Shown here: positions 38,178 through 47,221 of the stretch, piece after piece
How positions within the stretch are numbered: the first letter of the stretch is position 1
How the letters are laid out: the number at the start of each line of letters is the position of its first letter
IMG/VR virus record: IMGVR_UViG_3300033463_004353
Location: 1 to 64,000 of that record
Direction: 5' to 3' (one strand)
Length of the DNA: 64,000 bases
DNA from: a virus
Lineage: Duplodnaviria; Caudoviricetes
Program-made: the position numbers and the translations under genes
Notes under the pieces: generated by a model
The model's database searches: none
What the model was told of the DNA's origin: nothing
Seen by the model: the letters and a program-made list of their open reading frames with translations, nothing else

Positions 38178-40043
38178 TCAAATTATGTTTATCCTCTCTT
38201 GCAGCTCTGTCGGGTATTGCTCTTTTGTAGATTGGTATAGATTCCAGAAGCATGCATCAAATATGTAAGTCACACACCAATCACCATCATACCTAATGCC
38301 ACGCCCAATGCCTTGTATTATCTCATTAGATGTTGTTGAGTTGTACCACAATGGGTAGTGCTTTATCTTCTCTTTGACATACCTGTCTCCAAGGCTTGGA
38401 TATGGCACTTTCATGATGATTATGAACCTGCACTCATCACCTGGCAAGTCAATCCCTTCATTCAATGTTGGTCCTACTAGTATTGTGTTGTCAGACATCT
38501 GGTGTATCTTCACCATAGTGCTTTTCTCATGAGACCCATTGTACATCAGCATGCGCTGCTTCACCTCAAGTGGTGCTTCATCATACAGTCGCTTTGCAAT
38601 GTCATATGATCCAGTCTGTATCAAGCCACGCTGGTCTTTGAACTTTGTCTTGCATATAGAGAATATGATGTTCTTCAAGTGGTTGAATGATATGTCGCGC
38701 TCACGCATAGACATCTTGAACTTGTTCAAGAAGTGCACTGGTGACTGTGAGAAATCAAATGTTGATGGTATCACCTCCATCACAGACTCTTTGTCACTTG
38801 TGTAGCAAAAGCCAATGTTCTCATCAAATGCCTCATGGCCACCAATAGTAGCAGACACCATCACCCTGAACTGTGCTTTGCTCAGCATGTATCTGTACAC
38901 CAAGTAGTCTTCTTTCAAGCATCTGAATATGCATTCTGGTGACTTGTCTCTCTGGTTGCCTGGCACTATCTCTTTCAATTGGTAGTCTTTGCCACAAGCT
39001 TCAATGATTGAGCAATACTCTTTGAACTCAAGAGCATAGTCCCAGAACCAGCTTGATATGGAGAACATGTGCAAGTCTTTCCTTGTGAGTGCTTCTTTGT
39101 CTTTCTTTGCCGCTATTATCTTGTTCCTTATGTCATTGCATGCAGGCACAAACTTCTGTATCAAGCTGTCATACCTTGTGCGATACTCCATGTCTTCATC
39201 TTTCCTAGTCTCAGGGTTGCTTAGCTTCTGCCAGCACTCATTGAACTCTCTTGTTATGTCATCTTTTGTCAAGTCTTCAAAGAAGTCCATTGTGTCATCT
39301 TCTTCAAGATCTTTGAACAGCACTAAGTCTCTTTGCTTGATGTAGTCATATATCTCTACAAGTGTGTCCAAGTCTTTCTCTCTCATGTGTGCATGCACAT
39401 GCTGCTCAACTATCTGTGGGATGTTGTGGCACTCATCACAGAATATCACATCACGCTGCTTGAACTGGTATGGGTTTGTCTCTTCACTAGACACCATCTT
39501 GAATGTCTGTATGAACAATTGGTAAGTCATCAGGCATGCCTTTGACTTCAGTGCCTTCTTCCTTGATGTCACATACTTGCAGTGCTTTGAGCACTCATAC
39601 CCATGCTCTCTCACAACAGATGGGTTGAACATAGATGTCCATGACAAGCCAGACAGTATGCACTCAGCTAGTGTTATGTCTTCACCATTCATCATGCACT
39701 TGTAGTTCCCAGCTTTGCCCTTGAGCATTGCAATGCCAGTCTTCTTGTGCTTCTCTAAGAAGTCTGAGTATTGCTGCCACAAGAAGAGGTCTGAGACTAG
39801 TATGTATGATGTGATATCCCAACAGTCAGCAAGCACACCAGCAGATATTATGTTTATCAGTGACTTGCCACTGCCTGTTGGTGCTTCAACAACATAGTTG
39901 TGTGTCTTGTGTGACAGTATGTTGTCAATTATGCTTATGATGCATTCTAGCTGGTGTTGCCTGAATGTGAAGCTTTGGCTTATCTTGTCATATGCCCAGT
40001 CTCTGACTTCTTGCTCAATTATGTCTCTAGTGATTTGTGCCAT
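38178..40043 (-). CDS. DinG/Rad3-like SF2 helicase
   Basis: EAPTGSGKS, DECH, EGIDLPGDECRFIII.KVPYP and QGIGRGIR motifs. Confidence 0.9.
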   Translation of the reverse strand: MAQITRDIIEQEVRDWAYDKISQSFTFRQHQLECIISIIDNILSHKTHNYVVEAPTGSGKSLINIISAGVLADCWDITSYILVSDLFLWQQYSDFLEKHKKTGIAMLKGKAGNYKCMMNGEDITLAECILSGLSWTSMFNPSVVREHGYECSKHCKYVTSRKKALKSKACLMTYQLFIQTFKMVSSEETNPYQFKQRDVIFCDECHNIPQIVEQHVHAHMREKDLDTLVEIYDYIKQRDLVLFKDLEEDDTMDFFEDLTKDDITREFNECWQKLSNPETRKDEDMEYRTRYDSLIQKFVPACNDIRNKIIAAKKDKEALTRKDLHMFSISSWFWDYALEFKEYCSIIEACGKDYQLKEIVPGNQRDKSPECIFRCLKEDYLVYRYMLSKAQFRVMVSATIGGHEAFDENIGFCYTSDKESVMEVIPSTFDFSQSPVHFLNKFKMSMRERDISFNHLKNIIFSICKTKFKDQRGLIQTGSYDIAKRLYDEAPLEVKQRMLMYNGSHEKSTMVKIHQMSDNTILVGPTLNEGIDLPGDECRFIIIMKVPYPSLGDRYVKEKIKHYPLWYNSTTSNEIIQGIGRGIRYDGDWCVTYIFDACFWNLYQSTKEQYPTELQERINII

Positions 40044-40061
40044 ACATTAATATAGAAACTC

Positions 40062-40691
40062 TCAATTGGCAATCCACACTTTGTCAATCTTCTTTTCACC
40101 GCTATCCCAACTGTCCCAGTACTCTCCATCAATCACAGCTGTCAAGTGCCCAGGTGTGTGGACAAGGTATCTGCCATATGGGTGAGTGATGGCAAACTCA
40201 CTGATAGTCACCCTCTCACTAGCTTTCACTTTCTTGTATTCCTGATCAAGCTCACAATGGAACCCTTCAGTCAAGATCTTGCTCACTGCTGGTCCTGAGT
40301 CTAATATGTACCCATTGCCTTTGGCAATATTAGTTGCCAAGTCATAAGCAGTATCCCAAGATATGTTGAATGCAGCTGAATAAGCTCTGATAGTGCAGTC
40401 TGTAGTGTTCTTTTTCAATGGGTTAGGGTTGAATTTGTGCCAATTGCCTATAGTGTCATCAGTCTTGATTGCAATGAGGCCTCTTTCATTAATCCACTGC
40501 ATAGTATCGCTGACAGACTGCTTGAAGTCAATTGGTGTGGTCTTGTCACGAAAATACATTGTGATCTTCCCATCTCTTATAGACAATGTGCAATGATTCT
40601 CAAGTGTGCTACTGTCAGCTAGTGGTATGAGCCTGTCTCTTGACAAGTCAAATGCCGAGCTTATGTACAGCAAGTCTTCTCTCATTTCCAT
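40062..40691 (-). CDS. Phage protein with papain/C39-like Cys-His-Asp pattern
   Basis: TDCTIRA...GHLTAVIDGEYWDSWD; paralog of 33078..33485 with an extra N-terminal domain. Confidence 0.65.
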   Translation of the reverse strand: MEMREDLLYISSAFDLSRDRLIPLADSSTLENHCTLSIRDGKITMYFRDKTTPIDFKQSVSDTMQWINERGLIAIKTDDTIGNWHKFNPNPLKKNTTDCTIRAYSAAFNISWDTAYDLATNIAKGNGYILDSGPAVSKILTEGFHCELDQEYKKVKASERVTISEFAITHPYGRYLVHTPGHLTAVIDGEYWDSWDSGEKKIDKVWIAN

Positions 40692-40718
40692 ATGTTGTTA
40701 GTTTTTTTGCTATTTTCA

Positions 40719-41651
40719 TTATTGTCCACCATGCCCTAGTGTCTGTATCTTCACTGGCATGCCATGACGCTTGAACTCTGTCTGCATGTGCCTCTTTATG
40801 ACCAACCCAACGGTAGCTTCACCATACTTGTCATTCAGCTCTCCCATCTTAGCTTTTGACAAGATGACTTCTGGCTTGTTTGGCTCTGTCTCCCAAAGCT
40901 TGTGCCATGGCTTTATGCATGAGATGTACTCTTCAAGTATGACATCAACTGCTTGGTATGTTGAGTATGGAGCAATCTGCATCATGTCACCACCATCAGA
41001 CACACCATTGCCATCCGTTGGAGTGATTGCAATAGCATTTTCTAGTGCATTCTGCTCATATCCATTGATCTTGCTTTCTAGCAAGCTCTCATACCACAGC
41101 TTCACTTCTCTAGCAAGATTATACACTTCATGCTTCCACAAGCTTGACAATGGAGCTAAGTCACCAACATCACCATGCAGAGTCCAAAATCCAAGCATGT
41201 TCTCTGACATGTTGCTAGTGTCCATCACAATGCCATTCCTAACACATGCGAGGTTGTACAAGTAGATCATCCTAAGCCTTGCCTTGATGTTCCCTTGTGA
41301 CACCATTGTAGACTCTGCATGCAACTCACAGGTTGACTTCATCAGCATGTATTCCTTTTGGAGGCTCTCTATCCACCACTCATCACAGAATGCATTCATT
41401 GCCAGCCAAGCTGAGTGGTTCTCTTCATCGGTGTTTGAGTCACAAGGCAAGCTGACACCAACCAGCTTGAATCCATGGCTAGGATTGTCCATCACAACAC
41501 GCTTGCAGATAGCTGCAACAACCGTAGAGTCTATGCCGCCACTCATGCCAACTACCATAGTCTTCAAGTTGTAGTGGGCTAAGTAGTCTGCAACTAGACT
41601 GCAAATCTTGTCAAATGCATCCTTGTAGTAAATGTCTCTTCCCATCTTCAA
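40719..41651 (-). CDS. nadE: NH3-dependent NAD+ synthetase
   Basis: SGGIDST, GNIKARLRM, GFWTLHGD and TPTDG motifs. Confidence 0.92.
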   Translation of the reverse strand: MKMGRDIYYKDAFDKICSLVADYLAHYNLKTMVVGMSGGIDSTVVAAICKRVVMDNPSHGFKLVGVSLPCDSNTDEENHSAWLAMNAFCDEWWIESLQKEYMLMKSTCELHAESTMVSQGNIKARLRMIYLYNLACVRNGIVMDTSNMSENMLGFWTLHGDVGDLAPLSSLWKHEVYNLAREVKLWYESLLESKINGYEQNALENAIAITPTDGNGVSDGGDMMQIAPYSTYQAVDVILEEYISCIKPWHKLWETEPNKPEVILSKAKMGELNDKYGEATVGLVIKRHMQTEFKRHGMPVKIQTLGHGGQ

Positions 41652-41687
41652 TGTCTTGTTTGATACACTAGAGAGATAATAGAAACA

Positions 41688-42032
41688 CTATTCATAGATT
41701 TCAATGACATCTGACAAGTATTTGCCACTCTCAGGCATTTTTCACTTTAGTGAATGCCAATTCTTCAGAGTCTATCTCATCAACCCATCTAGTGAAGTTA
41801 GATGCTACAAAGTTGATGAACTCTGGTGAGTTCCCTCTTGACTTGAATCTCTCAATGTATTCATCTCTAGCTATTGCATCACGAACTTCTTTGTGTGTTG
41901 ACACCATGACTACATCTGAATGCTTTGCTGCTTCTCTTATAGATTCTATGTATGAGTCTGGGGTGTCACTACCAAATATCACTTTGCCATCATGATATTC
42001 AATATGCTATATTGTTTTCTGCCTCTATGCAT
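41688..42032 (-). pseudogene. Degraded or frameshifted remnant of a phage P-loop kinase-like gene
   Basis: 83-aa core (YIESI...VMVSTHKEVRDA...EYIERFKSRGN); apparent C-terminus PESGKYLSDVIEIYE is out of frame after an A5 run; no P-loop N-terminus. Confidence 0.5.
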
Positions 42033-42475
42033 CACCATGTAGAGTAATCTGATATATCTGCTTCTTCAAGATCGTTCATCTTCATCACTATTCTGTTGCC
42101 AATCCCAGTAGGTGAGAAGCTGACAACAAGCTTCTCAAGTTGGGTTGTGTCAAGCCACTTTGCAAGCAATTGCCTCATAGTGCAAAGCTCATCCATTGAC
42201 ATCATGAAGTCTAGCTTGTGCTTTTGCGGTGTGTCACTTCTAGCTAGCTTGATTGTCTTGCCAACTCTGTCGCATGTCACCATCTTGCTGACACTCAAGT
42301 CATTTGACACCACTAATGAGATGGTGAATGGTGACTTGCTCATCTTGTTCTCTTCAATGAACTTCTCATACTCAGAGAATTCTATCTCATCTAGCCATGA
42401 ATTACCTGCTACAATGCTAGATATCTCCATCATCTTATTGCTTGTTGTCTCTGCCATCTTGATATCATTGTTCAT
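42032..42475 (-). CDS. Hypothetical protein
   Basis: 147-aa ORF coupled to the primase-helicase gene. Confidence 0.65.
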   Translation of the reverse strand: MNNDIKMAETTSNKMMEISSIVAGNSWLDEIEFSEYEKFIEENKMSKSPFTISLVVSNDLSVSKMVTCDRVGKTIKLARSDTPQKHKLDFMMSMDELCTMRQLLAKWLDTTQLEKLVVSFSPTGIGNRIVMKMNDLEEADISDYSTW

Positions 42476-45400
42476 TTAGTGTCTTGTGATCCAAACATGT
42501 CTTCCATCATGCTCTTACTAGGCGCTTTGTCAGTGCTATCATCCATCTGTGCAAATAGGTCATCTCTGAGTGCATTAGTGTTCTTCTGCTTCAACAAGAA
42601 GCGGTCATTAGACATGTCTCTCTTAGAGTAGTCAAAGTAGTCAAACTGAGAGTGCACTATTGATGGTATCTCATCTATGATGTCTCTCAAGTGTATCTTG
42701 CTTGCTCTATCAAACTCTTGCACTTGCTCTTCATCTTTGGCATTTGCATCACTAGCATCATCTTCTTTCACTTCACCTATCAATTGCTCTAAGAAGAATG
42801 TCTGTGTGTTCATGTCACCATATGCATCACTAAGCTGCTGCTTCGTCTTCCATATCAGCTCAAATGGTGCTATGTCAACCACAGAGTTAGATGGCCTAGA
42901 ATGTATCACTATCACTGACCAGTACTCTTTTACTATCTCAAACATCTCTTCAAGGTATGCCCTGTCTTCTACCACAAGGTCGCTTATAGAGTTTATCCAC
43001 TTGCATGTCCACTCAGCCAAGAATCTGTCAATGTCATGCTGTGTAGTCTTTGGGTGCTCTCTAGCCCATTTCTGGAAGTCAACTACCATCCTCATCACCG
43101 GCATGTCTAAGCGCTTCTTCCTACGGTTAGCATCTATCTTGACGAATGTGTTCACTCGCTTGAGCTTTGCAAAGTTAAGCCTGTTGCTTCGCTTGTCAAT
43201 GCAATACTCATATATGTCTCGTATTGTGTCACAGTCATAGTTCTTGTATAGAGACAGCACTATTGGTGTGTGCTTCTCTAGTATCTCAATGTCTTCAACA
43301 TACAACCCATTCTCTTCACGTATGTGTACACTGTTCTCATCTTTGTCTTTGAATATAGAGTAGTTGCCTCGCAACAGCTCACGATACTGGTCTATGTTGC
43401 CATCATTGACATGGTTCAAGAACATCCTCACCTTTGCCGTGTCATTGTTGAACTTTATGCTACGGCATGATTTCATGAACTCCTCAGTGTCATCTCTCAC
43501 TTTCTCAGTCACTCTCTGGTCACTGTACTTCATCTTCACATCATATCCATAGTATATGAGGCCTTGCTTCATCACCTCAAGCTGCTTAGAGTAGTCTGAG
43601 TACCTCTCTTCAAACACCTTGAGCTTGTATGTAGTCTCATCTATATAGTACTTGCAGTCATTCTCATCATACTTCAGCCATTTCTCTGTGTTGAGGATTG
43701 AGCTTATCAATGGGTTGTACTTTGACTCTTCATTGTTCCTCTCAAGCATGTCATTAGCAGTCTTAGCCAAGTCACGAGCAAACATCAAATCTTCTTGGTT
43801 GAATGACAAGTCTAGTGGCTTCACATACTTGTAGTCAATAGGCATTCCAGAAGAGTCTGTTGCAGGAAGCCATATCCTTATGTAGAGGTCATTGTTCCTC
43901 AAGCGATTTGCAAACTGCTCAATGTCTTGTGGTATGAGTGTCTTTGAGAAGTGCACTGTGAAAGGCAAGTTGTCACATATGTCCACACCAACAGACAAGT
44001 ATGTTGAGCAGAATATGATGTCATTGTCACCAACTGTCTTGTTTGTGTTTATGTCTTCCATTGAGTCTTCACCATACTTAGACTTCTTGTAGTAGAATGT
44101 CTTCAGCTCATGCACATAGTGCCTCTCATCAAGTATCTTCTGTATTATGCCACGTATCTGCTCATAGTATAGCATGCCCTTGTTAGTTGGGAAGAGTATC
44201 TTCACACCGTGCATCACATCATCAGCCATTGACTTGCACATCTCTAGTATCTGCTCAGTCTCTGTTGGCACAATGTTTATGATGCATTCCTTTACACGAA
44301 GGTCTTCTTTCTCAACTTTTATGTACTTTATGTTAGGGAAGAACAGCATCTCACCGGTTGGTGTGCCAGTCATCATCAGCACCTTTGCCTTGCAGTTAGC
44401 CAATCGCTGTATGCATGGTCCCATAACATCACGATAAGAGCTTGTGAACAAGAGATGTGACTCATCTATCACAATGTACTCAAACTGTGCCATGTCAAGC
44501 TCATATACATTGAGCCTAGAGAACTTGTCTATTGTCATTGACATGCTCTTGCTTCCTAGTATGTCTTGCAGCATTGGGCGCTTGTTCCCATAGAAGTACA
44601 TCCAGTCTTTAGTGACTTGTGAAACTTCAACTTTAGCACGTATTGTAGATGTGAATGGCAATATGAGCAATGTCTTTGCTTTCAATGACTTTATCATCTC
44701 AGTCTTGCCATATCCAGCACCGGCTTCAAGCAATGTTATGTGAGACAAGTTATTTATGATGTCATCCTTTATGTCACTCAAGTACTGGTCCTTCTTTATC
44801 TTCAGCACTACTTTGTCAAGGTTGCTGTTGAGTATCTTTATTGGGTCAACCTTCACAGATGAGCTGTTCATCTCTTCAGCAGCTCGCTGTATAGTCTTGT
44901 CAACTTCTTCATCCTTTATCTTTATGCTGAATCCGTGTTGTGAGTTGAGCTCTTTTATAGCCCATATTGACACAGGCTTGTCATGTATCTTTGCCGTCTT
45001 GATGTCACCACGCAACTCTTTCAGTGGCGTGTCTTTGCAGATAGATGACAATATACGAAATGCTTCTTGCTCACCAAACAGTGATGTCAAAGTGTTAGCT
45101 AGTTGCCATCGTTGTGCATGCTTGTAGTGCTTGCTGCCATGAGAGATTGATGGATCAAAGCTTGATGCTTCAATTGACTCTACTTTTATGTTCTGTGTCT
45201 TGTCAAAGTCATCATTCATGAACCAATCTAGCTTTGAGAACACAGCTTTCAAGTCTTGGTGTGATATCCAATCAACAGATTCAACACCATTGTCAAATGC
45301 AGACTCAAAGTTCACATCAAGCCTCAAGTCTTGGAAGTCAGTTGACATCATTGCATCATCACTTGATATGAATATGCCCTGTTGTGGCTTAGCCATAGCC

Positions 45401-46116
45401 ATGTCCATGTAGCTTATGATGTTGTCTTTAGTGTATCCTATCTTATCACAATTCTTGAGCAGCACCATGTACACATAAGAGTACTTGTGTCGGAAGTTGC
45501 ACAAGAACTCTGTCCTCTTGTCTTTAGGGTCAAATGATATTGGGGTTATCTTAGTCCAGACATGCAATGACTTCTTAGAAGCAGACTTGCATATGCCTAA
45601 GAACCAGTGGAACTTAGACAAGTCATTGAACAGCTCAACTTTCAACAATGATGATATCCTCTCATCCTTTATGTCAAGGTCAATTATCTGCAACCCATTC
45701 CACATCTGCCAAGCTATGTTGCCTATAGGGCGTGACATTGATGAAGTTGAGAACACAACTTTACGATTGCCTTTCTCAACTCTTGCATAGTCTGCATCAT
45801 ACACTAAGTTGTATATGTCTCTCCAGTTCCATACTTCACCAACTTTGTCATACACTGAGTTAGTGACTAAGCACTCTATCATCTGCAACTGATCATTGAA
45901 GAATCTCTCTTTCTCTTCTTCAGTGCACTCATTGTATGTCTTGCTAGAATACTTCCCAAACTCAACGTTGTCACTTGCCTCAATGTATCCTTTAGATATG
46001 CAGCTGAAAGACTCAAGTATCTCACTCAAGTTCTGCTTTCCTGCATTCTTGTATATAGAGTTTATCTGTTTTAGCTTCTTTGATAGGTCAACAGAATCAT
46101 TACTCACACTCATCAA
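42472..46116 (-). CDS. Primase (AEP/BT4734-like + PriCT-like) fused to SF2 helicase
   Basis: IIDLDIKD and SASKKSLHVW; RWQLANTL; AGAGYGKT, DESH and MTGTP. Confidence 0.8.
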   Translation of the reverse strand: MMSVSNDSVDLSKKLKQINSIYKNAGKQNLSEILESFSCISKGYIEASDNVEFGKYSSKTYNECTEEEKERFFNDQLQMIECLVTNSVYDKVGEVWNWRDIYNLVYDADYARVEKGNRKVVFSTSSMSRPIGNIAWQMWNGLQIIDLDIKDERISSLLKVELFNDLSKFHWFLGICKSASKKSLHVWTKITPISFDPKDKRTEFLCNFRHKYSYVYMVLLKNCDKIGYTKDNIISYMDMAMAKPQQGIFISSDDAMMSTDFQDLRLDVNFESAFDNGVESVDWISHQDLKAVFSKLDWFMNDDFDKTQNIKVESIEASSFDPSISHGSKHYKHAQRWQLANTLTSLFGEQEAFRILSSICKDTPLKELRGDIKTAKIHDKPVSIWAIKELNSQHGFSIKIKDEEVDKTIQRAAEEMNSSSVKVDPIKILNSNLDKVVLKIKKDQYLSDIKDDIINNLSHITLLEAGAGYGKTEMIKSLKAKTLLILPFTSTIRAKVEVSQVTKDWMYFYGNKRPMLQDILGSKSMSMTIDKFSRLNVYELDMAQFEYIVIDESHLLFTSSYRDVMGPCIQRLANCKAKVLMMTGTPTGEMLFFPNIKYIKVEKEDLRVKECIINIVPTETEQILEMCKSMADDVMHGVKILFPTNKGMLYYEQIRGIIQKILDERHYVHELKTFYYKKSKYGEDSMEDINTNKTVGDNDIIFCSTYLSVGVDICDNLPFTVHFSKTLIPQDIEQFANRLRNNDLYIRIWLPATDSSGMPIDYKYVKPLDLSFNQEDLMFARDLAKTANDMLERNNEESKYNPLISSILNTEKWLKYDENDCKYYIDETTYKLKVFEERYSDYSKQLEVMKQGLIYYGYDVKMKYSDQRVTEKVRDDTEEFMKSCRSIKFNNDTAKVRMFLNHVNDGNIDQYRELLRGNYSIFKDKDENSVHIREENGLYVEDIEILEKHTPIVLSLYKNYDCDTIRDIYEYCIDKRSNRLNFAKLKRVNTFVKIDANRRKKRLDMPVMRMVVDFQKWAREHPKTTQHDIDRFLAEWTCKWINSISDLVVEDRAYLEEMFEIVKEYWSVIVIHSRPSNSVVDIAPFELIWKTKQQLSDAYGDMNTQTFFLEQLIGEVKEDDASDANAKDEEQVQEFDRASKIHLRDIIDEIPSIVHSQFDYFDYSKRDMSNDRFLLKQKNTNALRDDLFAQMDDSTDKAPSKSMMEDMFGSQDTK

Positions 46117-46269
46117 TGTTCATCAAGAGATGTTTTTGTAGCCAAAGCTACTACTTTTAAGAAAAATAGCAAATGGCACAATCATGTTTAACAAAGTTTG
46201 AAGCATTCAATGAAATATATCCATATGTACTGCAAAGGTTATTTTTAATAAATCTACAAGCAGAATGTC

Positions 46270-47169
46270 ATGTCAAACTGTCAGACAACTAACAATATAG
46301 CAAACAGCATAGCAAACAGCATAAAGATAAAGACAACAAATGATGAAGGTGTCCAGCAGACATCAATGGAAGAGTGGATAAAGATGAAGCAACAGCAAGA
46401 AGACAAAGTCGACTATGCATTCATCCAAAGAATCATCCAAGAGCTGACACAGTCATGTGCATTGCCACTCCCTATACCTGCTGCTAGCATCCCTCCATTG
46501 ATCATACAAGCAGCACAATGGTTCTGGCAGAACTGTGACTTCTCTGTTGAGGAGAGATACTTTGTCATCAAGAACAAAGACATCTGCAGGAAATGCAACA
46601 ACTCTATAGTCAAGCTGCCACCACAGATAGTCAGTGTGTTTGGTGTCTACAAGATAAACTCAACTTACTACTATGGGCAAGTTGGTGACTTCACACTAGA
46701 GAGGATGATAGTCAACAACACTATCCTTGCTTCTGGTGCTGGTGGAATTGTATCAGACACATTTGGGACTGGTGCTGGATACAACTTGACAGACATGATG
46801 GGAGCATTGTATGAGATACAGACATTCAAGGCGATGTTTGACTTCCCAATGACATACAACTACAATGAGTTCTCTAATGACTTAGTGTTGCTTGGACAAT
46901 TAGGGAATTCAGACTTAGTCCTGCAGACATTTGTGCGCTGTAAGATACAGGACTTGTACAAGAACTACTACTTCTTCAGGTTCTGTGTGTGTCTTGGCTT
47001 GAGGAGCATGTCAACAATAATGGGAGCATTTGAGTTCAACTTGCCTGGTGGCACTAAAGTGAACTACTCTGTTTTCCGTGAGCAAGCTGATGAAGAGATG
47101 CAAAAGATAGAAGAATGGGTGATAAAGAATCATGCATCAGACTATTTCTTCAACACAAACACTATATGA
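46270..47169 (+). CDS. Neck protein, T4 gp13-like
   Basis: IQRIIQEL...AAQWFW...GGTKVN...A.EE pattern; late motif at 46239-46248. Confidence 0.7.
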   Translation: MSNCQTTNNIANSIANSIKIKTTNDEGVQQTSMEEWIKMKQQQEDKVDYAFIQRIIQELTQSCALPLPIPAASIPPLIIQAAQWFWQNCDFSVEERYFVIKNKDICRKCNNSIVKLPPQIVSVFGVYKINSTYYYGQVGDFTLERMIVNNTILASGAGGIVSDTFGTGAGYNLTDMMGALYEIQTFKAMFDFPMTYNYNEFSNDLVLLGQLGNSDLVLQTFVRCKIQDLYKNYYFFRFCVCLGLRSMSTIMGAFEFNLPGGTKVNYSVFREQADEEMQKIEEWVIKNHASDYFFNTNTI

Positions 47170-47172
47170 CAA

Positions 47173-47194
47173 AGAGGAGCCAATTGGCTCCTCT
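47173..47194. terminator. Bidirectional intrinsic terminator
   Basis: AGAGGAGCC-AATT-GGCTCCTCT between convergent genes. Confidence 0.8.
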
Positions 47195-47221
47195 CTTCTT
47201 CTATTGCCTTCTCTTGTGCAT

